From Podarcis filfolensis (taxonomy: Eukaryota), in NCBI GenBank assembly GCA_964270895.1, contig OZ185441.1: DNA of 64,000 bases, one strand, 5' to 3'. Positions 12,187 through 24,605 of the stretch are shown piece after piece. The notes under the pieces were generated by a model. It worked only from the letters and a program-made list of their open reading frames with translations, was not told the origin of the DNA and made no database searches. The stretch's first letter is position 1. Every line of letters starts with the position of its first letter. A program made the translations under genes and the position numbers.

Positions 12187-12196
12187 AGGGGAGGGG
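12185..12196 (+). promoter_or_regulatory. Polypurine tract
   Basis: AGAGGGGAGGGG directly abuts the TG of the 3' LTR. Confidence 0.9.
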
Positions 12197-12566
12197 TGTT
12201 ATGTACTGAGTTGAATAGGATCCAAACTGCAGCAGTCTGATTGGTCCTAGAACAATAGGATCCAAAAGGAAGCAGTCTGATTGGTCCTAGAACAATAGGA
12301 TTCAGAATGCAGCAGTCTGATTGGTCCTAGAACAATGCAGCAGTATGATTGGTTGGCAGGAACCACCCAATCATGCTCCAGATAGAAGTGAATCCACAAC
12401 CTGATTGGCTTACAGTAGAATTCCGGAATTAGCCAATCATGTGCAGCCCACTGTGTAAATAATGTATATAAAGCAGATACCTTGAGGGGACTTTCATTCA
12501 TTCCTCCTCACCACTATGAGCTGAATAAAGAGCATGAAATCACTTTGCGACTCTGAGTATATTTCA
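12197..12566 (+). repeat. 3' LTR of Gypsy element
   Basis: Direct repeat of 7616-7985 (368/370 identical). Confidence 0.97.
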
Positions 12567-14870
12567 GATATGAAGCTTCAAAATTAAAAAAAAAAATGTC
12601 TGTCCCCACCCCCCGATCCTAGCATTGCATTTTGGGACCTTTCATAAGTCTACCTTCTCAACATTAAGCAGATTGTGACATCACAGCTCACAGTTATTTG
12701 GCCTGATCCAGCATGGGTAGCGCATGCTTTAAAAAGGCTTCCCATATCTCAGTTAGGGGTGTGTGGGTGTGTACTTTCTCTAGGCGACTTGCTGCATCTA
12801 GCACAGTGCTGGTGCTGGGGTAGCCTATATGGCCTTCCAGCTGTTGCTGAATGGGAACTCCCAGTATCCCTGACCATTGGTCATGTTAGCTGGAGCTGAT
12901 GGGAGCAGAGGTCCAACAGCAATGGGTGTGGGTGGGTGTGCACAGACCAGGTGCCTATGATCTAGCACATGGAGTTCCATGGGGATCCCAGAACTGCAGT
13001 GAAATAGCAATGTGCTATTTGCTACATTAAGGGGTTTTTGGACTGAAAAGCCATATATAACAGCAACAACATCTATTTGGTGGAGAGCTGCACACAGACA
13101 CACTTGCACAGCAGAACTCATTATTGTGTGCTCATATCTTTGGACAGAAGGAACTCGATTCTTGGGAGAAGACAACACCATATTATAAACCTAGTTTTTG
13201 AAAAGCTTAGTGAAGACAATGTTTGTTATTGTTTCTAATGCATCTTTTAAATTTTTAACTCCATGAGTTTGATATCTAGAAAAGTAGCCCGTGTCAATAA
13301 TTTGGGAGTAAAATTCCATTAAAACCACAGGCTGTTATTCTGGAGCAGGGGTGAGAGGACCTGTCACCCTCCAGACTCCATCGCTCATCAGCTCCAGAAT
13401 AATGGGAGTTGGAGGGCAATGAGTTTCGTCAGCTGTACTCCAGAGCAATAGATGGTTCCTTAAAAGTTTATGTAGGATTCTTCAAGTAACAAAGGAAACA
13501 CTTTTCTACTCATCTTCCCCTACAATGCATAGCCCAAGGAGCAAACTTGCTATTTTTACATAATGGATTTTCAGTTCAGATGAGGCAATGAGGATGACCA
13601 GGAAGCGAGGCTTGTGCACCCTGGCAATGCTCCAGAATCTTCTGCCGCACACAAGGGTTCAACAGCAGACATGAATGCTCTGTGACAGACAACAGATAAA
13701 GTGCTCCTTGAAACAAAGTCTGGAAGCCGCTGGCCTGTAATGTAGGCCTATTCCTGACCCTAAAAAAAAACCATCCTAAAAATCTGGAAATAAGCATCCA
13801 AACTACCAGCATTTGCCATTCATAATGATAGAAGCAAAACTGCTATTGAAAGTTATTCCTTGCAATGGGTACTGTGTATTTCTGCATTGGTGGGACTTAA
13901 AGTAAAAGGCCCTTCGGCCTGTCAAATAAATTGTAAATCTCTTTCATTTCTTTTTACTCTGTTTTGCTAGACATTTTCAATTTGTGCCATCTGCTGGTCA
14001 AACTATATCACTACAGTTGGCAAAGGCGTTTCGGTTAGAACGCTCCCCCGCCCCTGTGACTTAATTTTGCCAAATCACATCACTGGAATTGCTTGCATAT
14101 CATCATGGCTTGACACAGAGCTATTGCAAATTATAGCAATACCACATATCTCACTAACAATGAAATGAATACACTTTTAGATCATAGAGGTTACAGAAAT
14201 GAAGAAAGCAACCATAGTTTTCCTTCCTAAAGGCTGCTTCAGTAAAGCTCATACCTAATGTCTAGTATTATCAACTTGCTACTCCTGTTTTAGACTTAGC
14301 CTTTATAACCCTGTTTTAATACCACACTGACACTTTTACATCAAGAATATCCTTCTTCAGTCTAAAAACCAGATCGTCCCAACAGTGAATGATTTTGGGT
14401 TTTGAGTTTTCAAATGTTTATTCCCCCAAGTGGATAAGCACTAAATATCATGTGCATATTACTCATGTGTTTAGACCAGCAGTGGTGAACTCCCATCAGT
14501 GCCATCTGGAATGGCCAAACCACCAGATATTATGTGAGCTGGACTTGAGCACCAGTATCAGGAGAATCACATGTTTCCCACCCTGGTTTACTCTCTGAAT
14601 ATCCTTTCCTATTTTCTCCTTAAGCAAAGAGCTGATCATCCCCTAACTTTTGCGGTTTTCCCCAGCTGCAATTCTGCACAGCCCACAATGTTTTTCCATT
14701 GATTGACATCAGCAGTGGCAGTTTGCATCTGCTTCTGGCTGAGGAACTCTTTGTACCTTGATGCATTAATGGCTTGTGGCTGAGGAGCCTTTTCGCTTGC
14801 CACAACTTTTCATAAGTCATCATCTGTCATCTTTGTGTGGTGTCCCCCCACCCCACCCCGTTCCTAATCC

Positions 14871-15326
14871 TTAGCCTTTTAATGCTGGCAATAATTCAGG
14901 TACTGACTTGGAACAGAGCTCTCTGTCTGCAGAGAAAGTTTGACGCTTGGCTCTCGTTTCGGTGTCTATTTTAGTCATACCATTTTCTTCACTTGTGGAT
15001 GCATCTCCATCAAGATTTCCTGCTACTTTGTAATCCCTCTGAACAGCAAGATAATCGTCTCTGGGCTTTTTTCTTGTATTGTCACACATGCTGCCTTTTA
15101 AATGGACACCAAGAATATTCTGTTTTGGAGCATCACCCGGCTGCTCTTTGTTCTTATGGTCTTCTGGAATTGTGGGGCATGCATTGATGGAAGATGCACA
15201 ATGGTAATAACCAGAAATCTGCTTCTTTTCATGCATAGCGCAGAGATCAATTTGCCTTAAGATCTCTGTGCCAAAAGGACTGTCTTCATACTTTCTATAG
15301 AGATCTTCCTGAATTTTTGTAAAGCC
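14871..15326 (-). pseudogene. AKAP7: AKAP7-like exon ending the 2H domain plus a non-canonical C-terminal extension
   Basis: Acceptor ccaatgttttag|ggc (phase 0). Reads GFTKIQEDLYRKYEDSPFGTEILRQIDLCAMHEKKQISGYYHCASSI, then stays open to TAA at 14871. Possible internal donor aatg|gtatga at 14981. Confidence 0.85.
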
Positions 15327-15619
15327 CTAAAACATTGGAAAATACATTGTGTATTACACACTGTGTTTTTGAAACCTTTTTTTTTTTAAGAAACAGATTT
15401 TGGTTTTTTTAATCAGCTGCCCAAAGACTACAATGCTTTAAATGTGGTGTTTGATCATTCTTATAGTGCAAATAAGTAGCTAACAGAATCTCAATATTTT
15501 TGCTATCAATATTTTTTACTTTGTGTGTTGTGTCATTTCACTTTCCAGGAACGACTTGCTTTTTCTGTCCAGACATTTGATACTGTGGGCATGAAAAGGA
15601 TGATTTGATAACATTTATA

Positions 15620-15861
15620 CAGTGGTACCTCGGGTTAAGTACTTAATTCGTTCCGGAGGTCCGTTCTTAACCTGAAACTGTTCTTAACCTGAAGCACCAC
15701 TTTAGCTAATGGGGCCTCTTGCTGCTGCCGTGCCGCCGGAGCACAATTTCTGTTCTCATCCTGAAGCAAAGTTCTTAACCTGAAGCACTATTTCTGGGTT
15801 AGCGGAGTCTGTAACCTGAAGCGTATGTAACCTGAAGCGTATGTAACCCGAGGTACCACTG
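15620..15861. mobile_element. Same MITE family
   Basis: TIR cagtggtacctcgggtta..taacccgaggtaccactg; TA TSD. Confidence 0.9.
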
Positions 15862-15894
15862 TACTGCTTTTGTATGCAATGCCTTTGAGTAAGA

Positions 15895-15921
15895 ACACAC
15901 ACACACACACACACACACACA
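15895..15921. repeat. (CA)n microsatellite
   Basis: Read directly; similar tracts are (CA)n at 60471-60498, (GACA)n at 4217-4242 and (TA)n at 35529-35546. Confidence 0.9.
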
Positions 15922-17086
15922 GCCATTGTTTGGACCCTAGTTTTACTAGCTACAGCTTGGTAGAACCCCAACACCTTATGACTTTCCTAAAATCAACAAA
16001 CTAGATTTGAGATTGAAAAATCAACAGGTACGTACATAACTGTCATCCAAGGAAAATCCACAACTTATTTTATCTTTCTCAGGTGCAAAACCCTCAATGC
16101 ATAATTCTACCTCTATAAACTTTTTAGCAATTTTGTTTAACTATGTTGCAAAACTTCTCAACAATAGTCTTGGATCACTTTCAGCAGGATCTTTTTTCCT
16201 CATAGCTTCCCCCACCCCCACCCCCCATTGTTCAGTTTCATTTGTTTCACAACTGCATTCTTCCACATTAAATAACACTATCCTATCTTGCTGTTTGCAC
16301 TACGCAATGGTCCTCTTTATTCAGGAAGAACATATATTAAAGTGAACCAACGACTCAGGAGTGTACTGTAGAAGGTGCCTATTCTGTGGAGTGGGGGGGG
16401 GGGAGAAGAAACAAGTGCTGAGAGTTACGTCTTTTGGATGACTGATTAACACCAAGAGTAAATTTGGAAGATGGATATTACAGCAGCCGCAATGTGCAAA
16501 ATGAAATGTCAAAGTAAAACACCTCTTAATAAATATCCTCTTCTGCCACATATTAATGCAAAAAACACTCTCATTGAGTCACTGTAATCTAGACTTCCTG
16601 TTCAGTGATCTTTGTCATTTTCTAATTGTAAAAGCATAATAACTTCTCACCTCTCACGCTTCTGTTCTCTAGTCAAGTTCTTTAATTATGGGCTCAAATA
16701 CAACAAGGTCTAGAGAACTTCATATGATATGAGTATGGTAATTGTACTTTGAATTTGCAAAAGCTTCCAACCCATCCCGCAACAAGGATGAGACGACGCA
16801 CACTGAATCCCAACCAGTTCCAATAGGGCTTGAGGGTTATGGAGTCCTTCACTGTAGCATAAATACATGTCCCTGCAACAAACTTCCCATGAAAATATTT
16901 CAACTGCTATTACAGCTGTACAGGGAGATATAGAATTTGGAGAGAGAAAGGGGCAGGCACATCTGTAAAAAGTTTTACAAGTAATAAAATGTAATACAAA
17001 CAAGATTCAGCCCCATAATAACCTCATGGCAATGAATGTTGAGTGACAGAAAGGGGGAGGGGGGCTGAAAACTGGATGAGTGGGAG

Positions 17087-17257
17087 CAGTGCTTTTTTTC
17101 CTGGGGGGACACAGGGGTACCCCTAAGCATTTTGTGAAACTTTGTACTTTTGTCCATTTACTGTATTTATTTTTCCTGATTTGAACTATAAAATGGTTTT
17201 CTTGAGTCAAAATGAGAGTACCCCCAAACTTTTTTTTTTTAGGAGAAAAAAGCACTG
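17087..17257. mobile_element. hAT-type MITE (cagtgctttt family)
   Basis: TIR cagtgcttt/aaagcactg; homologous to the 19539 and 33233 copies. Confidence 0.8.
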
Positions 17258-17627
17258 GGAGGAAGAATAGAATGGAGTGGCTGAAACAAAGAAAAACACA
17301 GGCATATATAAAGGGTAGAAAGAACCATCTTGCTGTCTCGAAAGGTCACTTCCTGGTTCATACTGACACAGCTATTTTTTAAATTTTCACCAGGGATATG
17401 AGAGAGACAGAGAAAGCTCACACTGCCCATAGAAATCAATGGCAAAATCCAAGATTTTAAGATGGACGATGACATGGGTATTTTGTGACATAGTGAGAGC
17501 TGCTTCAGTTTCTCCTTGTATGGTCCACTTCCTAAATATAGATACAGTATTGGGATCCCTACACTGGTCAGAAATGCCCCATGGGAACAGGTTATCAGAC
17601 AACATGGACTATCATTCTAACTAATTA

Positions 17628-17900
17628 GAGCCAGTGTGGTGTAGTGGTTAAGAGCGGTAGACTCGTAATCTGGTGAACAGGGTTCGTGTCTCTACTCTTC
17701 TACATGCAGCTGCTGGGCTAGTCACACTTCTCTGAAGTCTGGGCTAGTCACACTTCTTTGAAGTCTCTCAGCCCCACTCACCTCATAGAGTGTTTGTTGT
17801 GGGGGAGGAAGGGAAAGGAGAATGTTAGCCGCTTTGAGACTCCTTCGGGTAGTGATAAAGCAGGATATCAAATCCAAACTCCTCCACCTCCTCCTCCTTC
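17628..17900 (+). mobile_element. tRNA-derived SINE (Squam3-like)
   Basis: A-box-like gtggtgtagtggtt and B-box-like gggttcgtgtc; 3' tail ..gcaggatatcaaatccaaac followed by a CT-rich repeat. Confidence 0.7.
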
Positions 17901-18357
17901 TAATTTCAGCAGTTTTCATATAGCACTAAAAACACATATTTGGAATAAGCATCAACCCTATCACTTTGTTAGATAAGGCTACCTGATGCAGCTTATTCCA
18001 TTTATTTAGTGTGTACATTGCTAAAAGGGGTGTGAGAGAGACAGAAAATGGCAAATTATTAAGCATAATTGGCAGATATGCTAAAAAGATTCAGCCAAGC
18101 CACTAGTGCACAATTGCTCATTGGGTCTAAATAAGGCGTTGATATCACACTTGGCCTGCCTTCTATAATCTTTAATTACATGATCACATTTTTACAGAGC
18201 TCGCAGTTAATGCTTGCAGAAGTGCATAATTTAGAGGGGATCAAATGCTAATCTTTTTTTAGATGCCAAATGAGTCCTTAATCTTTATTCGATGACAATT
18301 TAGTCCTTTAACTGTTATACTTCTTGATTACTCTTACCACGGAATACCAGTGTATAA

Positions 18358-18407
18358 ATTTATTATTATTATTATTATTAGTAGTAGTAGTAGTAGTAGT
18401 AGTAGTA
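18358..18407. repeat. Compound microsatellite (TAT)n(TAG)n
   Basis: Read directly from the sequence. Confidence 0.9.
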
Positions 18408-18451
18408 TTTCTTTTTCAAAGGGAGAAGATCCTAGAGCTATGTCCAGCAGA

Positions 18452-19040
18452 TGTGATGGGACATCTTCCTCTTCCTCCCCCCTCGCCCTGCAGGCTCTCA
18501 TGTGCTCCTCAAGTCTGCTCCTAGGGGTAATCCTTTAACCCACCAGGAACAGATTTTTTGGGGGGTGGGGGGTTACGCAGGGATGCGGAGAAGAAGGGAA
18601 AATATTATGCAACTAAACTGACATTAGGTTCAGATATCATGATACCATTAGATTGTAAGAAAAACACTGGGGTCTAATTCGAATAGTAGAGTGCTTGGTA
18701 TTTGGTGGGTGGGGCTTGTGTATTTTGCTCCAGAATCAGCTCCTCCCTTCAGTGTGTGTTCAGTTAAAACTGTCAGTTAAGAGGGACCAACTGCCTCTTC
18801 TTGTTTCTTGCCTCAGACTTGTCTCAGGGTACTGTTTTAGTTTCTCTCAGACATCATGTTATTTTGCTACAGTTTTCTCTCAGTTTATTATTAAAACTTG
18901 TTTATGTTTATGTGAACCACTTGCTTTTCTCAAAGAAAAAGAAACTCTGCTGAACAATGGTGGAATATCCTTAACTTGCCTGAATGAGGTGATATTCCCA
19001 ATTTGCCAGGAGGACTGATTTTGTTAATCATGCCACAACA
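18452..19040 (+). mobile_element. Probable solo LTR
   Basis: TG..CA termini (tgtgatgg..ccacaaca) with a 4-bp CAGA duplication at 18448-18451 and 19041-19044; LTR-like composition. Confidence 0.5.
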
Positions 19041-19538
19041 CAGATATCACCCCTAGACATCCAACCATTTCTGTATAATTGCTGAATTTAAACAAGTACT
19101 TAAGTGAGGCTCTGAAATAACCAGGGAAAATGTAATGTACAACCTGGTGGGAAAGTACAGCCAGCAGATGGCATCAGAATAGCTACTACAATGCTGTGTC
19201 TGTAGAGTCATATGCATATCCCTTTTCCCCTTTTATTATCTCATATTCAGCTTCTTTGCAAAGCAACCAAAATATTTCATTCTAGTACCGCTTTCCTGTG
19301 CATTTTTTATCCATCAAAACAGGGAATTTACTTCAAAATGATGCTTGATGCAGCACCACAGCATATCTGGCCAAATTGATCCAGGCTCCAGCTTAACATA
19401 TCCTCTAGTACATCTACCACCTAACTTCAAACATTTTGGCCGAGCCTGACCTAGAATGAACTGGATCAATATTGTGCTTCAAAAAGTCTGCAGGAAGAAA
19501 GTCTCTCTCAACCCTGGTGAGCACAGGTCTCCTAAGGA

Positions 19539-19716
19539 CAGTGCTTTTCTTCTGGGGGGGACGCAGGTGTACGCATACCCCTAAACATTTTGTGAATCTT
19601 TGTACTTTTGTCCATTTACTGTATTTAATTTTCCCGATTTGCACTATAAAATGGTGATTTTCTTGAGTCGAAATGAGAGTACCCCTAAACAATTTTTTTG
19701 GGGGGGTAAAGCACTG
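19539..19716. mobile_element. hAT-type MITE (cagtgctttt family)
   Basis: TIRs; degenerate 8-bp TSD cctaagga/cttaagaa. Confidence 0.82.
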
Positions 19717-21196
19717 CTTAAGAATGTAGGTTAAGTACTACTTCAACTGATATAACAAAGTTGCTTTGACAATGTGGCCAGTGCTGGTATGGCTATTTTG
19801 CAACCTAGGCCAGGCTAACTTCTTGTACACATGCCCCAAATTGTTAGCTTCTATTTTCAAAAGCAGATGTCTTGTAGAAAACAATGAAAAACACAAAACT
19901 ATATAACCAGAACTAATCCTTATAAAATTGTGCCCCTCAAAGGTCAGTACTGCACCCCTTTGAAGTCTGCACCCTAGACGGCTGCCTCATCGGTCTAATG
20001 ATAGCACCAACCCTGAATGTAGCTCCAAAACTTGCAACTATTTTTTAAAAGAGAGAGAGAGAGAGAGCATTTCTATGTAAGAAAATGTATAGGAAAACAC
20101 AGATCATTAGGATTTTCTTTTTCTTTCCCGAGTAAACATGCAATACACCTGTGCAAGGACTGTGGACAAATGCACTTCCCAGCATTTTTGTATGTAGCAG
20201 AAAGAAGTGCAAAAATTGACACATGGTTCTAACTCATTTTTTCACATCAAAAATTACACCATCTAAGGTGGCCATTATCACTTCTTAATGTTGTTCTATT
20301 AAGTTCAGCAGGACTCCTCGTGAATAAAGGCAGGATAAGGGAATCAAGGGCAGACAAACAAAGACATGTGTTTCATTATATTAGATAAGAGTCCTGAATC
20401 AGAATATGAACAATTCCAATTCCATAGAGGGCTGAGATTTATGTGATGGGGCTGCTCAGCACTTAGAATGACATATTTATGTCCCTTTTTTCAAAACATA
20501 AAACACTCTGAGCTTCTCATTTGATTGAGGAAGTGGCGTAGGAAAGAAGGTCCAGCTATTTCTTCCCACATGGTTTATTTAAATAGCTCAAGCTCCAAAG
20601 CTGTTGTTTGCAACCGTGTTTTCTCCCTCCTGGGCAAATAGCAACTTTGGGGAAGAGGATTTGAACTGGGAAACCTACACAGGAGGAATGACTTGCTTGC
20701 ACTGCCCCCATAACCACTTCTGTAGCAAGGTTCATGCTAACTGCATCCCCCCCCCACCCCATGTGTTTGAGGTGGAGACAGGCCCATTTGTATAAGGTGT
20801 GTGTGTGCAACCCTAAGACAAAGACTGTGACATGTTTGTTCTATCCCAGAGAAACGGAGCTAAGAACTCAAACACATACACTGAGGCAAAGTATAGGAAT
20901 GAGGGATGGATCCCAGCATAGTGCAAGCAAATGGCTTATGCAACTGACTTGATGCAGGGGTGCTGCGATAGCCCCCAGTGCTACTATATCAACACTAGGA
21001 GGGGAATCCGAGGAAATTATCTTCATCAAAGGGGGAGGAAGGAAGCCAGGCATGGCCCACCCTGAGATATAGAGTGGATGAGGTTTGAGAGGCTGCCAGG
21101 GCAGTGGATTAACATTTGGCCCAGCCTCTGCTTGATCACAACATTGAGGGAACAGGTTGGGAAAAGAATAAGGCATCATTAAAAGTCCAAGAGAAT

Positions 21197-21553
21197 GGGA
21201 TGCAGGTGGCGCTGTGGGTTAAACCACAGAGCCTAGGACTTGCCGATCAGAAGGTTGGTGGTTCAAATCCCCGCAACCGGGTGAGCTCCCGTTGCTTGGT
21301 CCTAGCTCATGCCAACCCAGCAGTTCGAAAGCACATCAAAGTGCAAGTAGATAAATAGGTACCGCTCTGGCGGGAAGGTAAACGGCGTTTCCGTGTGCTG
21401 CTCTGGTTCGCCAGAAGTGGCTTAGTCATGCTGGCCACATGACCCGAAAGCTGTATGCCGGCTCCCTCGGCCAATAAAGTGAGATGAGCGCCGCTACCCC
21501 AGAGTCGGTCACGACTGGACCTAATGGTCAGGGGTCCCTTTACTTTTACCTTT
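21197..21553 (+). mobile_element. Sauria SINE
   Basis: Head gggatgcaggtggcgctgtgggttaaacc, conserved body and (acctt/acttt) tail; degenerate flanking duplication. Confidence 0.92.
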
Positions 21554-23316
21554 AAAGGTCCTAGAAATAAGGTCTACCTTTTACAGGAGAGTGTTTTGTT
21601 CAGAAACACATTTTTGCAGTGTCATTCTTCCAATGAAGGAACACTTTGTATCGTTTGCATTTATTATCTTCCCATCAGCCTTGCTACTGAGTGCATTTCA
21701 GCTGTGTGCCCAACATTATCTACTTAATGGAGATTTACAAGACAAAACAAAACAAAATAAACCATTAGCTCAACATCACTCATTCCTATCCTCCTGCATT
21801 TCTCCCTAGACAACAGAAATATTGTCACCCTCAGCCTTAGAGTAAATATCTTTATAAATAAGTTCTGCTATTTCCAAGCTGAATGAGAGACATCAAATAT
21901 CTGAAGAAATACTTCATACCTGACTGGCAGAAGCTCATGGTCAGGGAACGCTTTCTTCCACTATTAAAGCATTCACTTCACGTCCTGAGAGTGTATCATT
22001 ATTGTTTCCTTCTGCTTATTATATTGACCTCATAAAAACACACAGCTATTCCAGGAAACAAGGAAGACAGCATTTGAGCAGGGAAAACTTAATCTAATCA
22101 GAGCCACGTTTTTACTTTAATTGTAAAGCAATAAAACCCAACCAAATCCTATATCCTGCTGCAGTTAAAGGTTAGATCAGCATATCATGTATTTATACTG
22201 CAAAGTCCCAGAAGCCTTGAATGCTACCTGACATAAATCCTGCAGTCAGCTGAACATTCCCCAGAACCTCTTTTGCTCCTTTGGTGGAAACAGCTCAGGG
22301 CTGCATTTCCATGCCACTGATGTAAGCAAAGGCAGTAAAAGCAAAACTGCAGTTTTGAATCTCAAATCACTTTATTCTCAAGTAATCCTACTGATTTACT
22401 ATGGAGTAAATAGTTTGCAGGCTGCAGTTTATACATACATGAAATGGTTACCCTACGGCCTATATAAAGTTCTTTCCTTGACTAGAGATAATACCCTATT
22501 TCTCACTCTCACTCCACTTTGTCTGAGGAGCAGGTGGGGACATGGAAGATTCATTTCCTCCTGGGGTCCTTCCATGCTAGGAATTTACTCTCTGCATTTG
22601 TGATTCTGTGTTCACTCTACATGATTATGTCTGCATCAAATTGTTGTTCTGCAGTGTCAGTAGGCACAAATTGTCTCAGCACCACTTCTTCTATCTTTTT
22701 TCAAAGAGGCATGGTTTTGGCATGGCAATGACATTCCGAGCAGCCTAACTCTTCACCTTGGTTTGATTTAGATTTATTGTATGTCTATGCCACTTTTCAT
22801 TCAAATGAATCTCAAAGCGGCTTACAAACTTCCACACACTGTGGCTATTACTTTCTAGTTAGTGCCGCATTAGCAACATGGATGTTCAAATTTTATATAT
22901 AAAAAAAGGGTTAACACACCTTTTGTTTATTTTTACTTTTAAATGCAGACATTGATGTAGTAGCAATTACATGAAGAAGTGTTTTCGTGCAAGTCAAAAA
23001 TATTGATTTTTAAAATGGCATGCTCAGTTGGTGTTATATATGTTAGAAATGCAACATCCGGGATCATTGTAGCTCAAGAGATACCTCTGCTAGTGTTAAA
23101 TTCAATCAGCCAAGAGGGGATGTGTGGAGGTGTTGGTTATCTAGCAGGCAGAGTAGCATGATGTTTGCTGAGGTAGCAGATGCCCTAGATGGGGCTACAC
23201 TTCCTCTGAAAGTGCAGATGTGTAGCTTAGATGTACTTTTTGATCCATTATTGTTGCTTGAGGCTCAAGTGGCTTCAGGGGCATGAAGTGCTTTCCATCA
23301 ATTTTGGCTGGTCACC

Positions 23317-23362
<46 letters not shown>

Positions 23363-23762
23363 TTATTATTTATACCCCAGCCACTCTGGGCAGCTTCCAA
23401 CAAAAGATTAAAAATACATTAAAACATCAGTCATTAAAAATGTCCCTAAACAGGGCTGCCTTCAGATGTCTTCTAAACATCAGTTAGTTATCTATTCCTT
23501 TGACATCTGGTGTTCCACCGGGGGGGGGGGTGCCACTACCAAGAAGGCCCTCTGCCAGGTTCCCTGTAACTTCGCTTCTCGCAGTGAGGGAACTGCCAGA
23601 AGGCTCTCGGCACTGAACCTCAGCGTCTGAGTTGAACGATGGGGGTGGAGACGCTCCTTCAGGTATACTGGGCCGAGGCCATTTCGGGCTTTCAAGGTCA
23701 GCATCAACACTTTGAATTGTGCTCGTAAATGTACTGGGAGCCAATGTAGGTCTTTCAAGGTC
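23317..23762 (-). mobile_element. L2-clade LINE 3' fragment with (TTA)n tail
   Basis: ORF2 C-terminal remnant LHWLPVHLRAQFKVLMLTLKARNGLGPVYLKERL; about 15 TAA units at 23317-23361. Confidence 0.8.
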
Positions 23763-23799
23763 TCTACCTGGACAGGGATGGCCTAACTTTTGTTATATA

Positions 23800-24270
23800 G
23801 GCTCTGGTAACCTCTAGGTCAGATTACTGCAATGTGTTATATGTGGGACTGCTTTTGAGGAGTGCCTCAGAATCTGCAGCTGGTGCAGAGTTCAGCAGCC
23901 AAGTTGCTGACCAGGGCAAGATGGTCTGAACAATCACACTAATTCTTGCATGACTGCATTGGCTCCAATTAGTTCCTGGCCCCAATTCAAAGTGTTGGCT
24001 CTGACCTATAAAGCCTTGTACAGCTTGGACCCCAGTACCTCAAAGAATACCCCTCCACACATGAACCAACCCAGACCCTTCCTTCATCATATGAGGACCT
24101 CCAGGCCTCCTCCAAGGGAAGTGTGGAGGGTGGCAACAGGAGAACAGGCCTCCTCAGAGGGGGTCCCCATTTATGGAATGATCTCCCCAGGGAGGAACAT
24201 CTGGCACCATCACTATCTGTTTTTAGGCTCCAGGCAAAAATATTATTGTTCTCCCAGGCTTCTGGGTCTT
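23800..24270 (+). mobile_element. Older L2-clade LINE fragment
   Basis: gattactgcaatg, ctgcattgg and caattcaaagtgttg correspond to the DYCN / LHW / QFKVL motifs, frameshifted. Confidence 0.65.
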
Positions 24271-24492
24271 AATTTTCTGTTTACCTTTGACTAGAGCAAT
24301 GCTGTTTTGTGGGTGGAGGTCAAGTCAAGTCATGTGAGAGAAGTTCACGATGCCCTGAATAAGATAAAATCTCCTAACAATTTGATATATCATTGTTTTG
24401 CATGCAACATGGTGATCCAAAACATTTTTCAATGTTCTAAAGGAGCAAGGAAACAAAGCACAAAAAGGAGATAATTCCATCTGCTTAATTAT

Positions 24493-24605
24493 CGTACGTC
24501 TCAGTGTGTGTGATTTGGACAGTTTCAGAATCGTCAGGTGGGGTCTGAAATCTTTGCTGCCTCTGATGCCTACATTCATTCTGGTGAATGAGCTCGCCAC
24601 AGCTT
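24493..24605 (-). pseudogene. AKAP7: AKAP7-like exon with second HxT motif (RPHLT)
   Basis: Acceptor ttttattttcatcacttgtctcctag|aa. Reads EAVASSFTRMNVGIRGSKDFRPHLTILKLSKSHTLRRT (113 nt), followed by ataatt instead of a GT donor. Confidence 0.88.

Larger units (their letters stand above)
7616..12566 (+). mobile_element. Full-length Ty3/Gypsy LTR retrotransposon (Mag-like), 4951 bp, non-autonomous through mutation
   Basis: Two 370-bp TG..CA LTRs; 5-bp TSD GATAT at 7611-7615 and 12567-12571; PBS; polypurine tract; gag-PR-RT-RNaseH-IN order; no env. Confidence 0.97.

Noticed and set aside
7933-12265. Numerous 60-160 aa ORFs overlapping gag-pol, and similar ones over the CR1
   Set aside because: Shadow frames of GC-rich coding sequence; no env or other motif.
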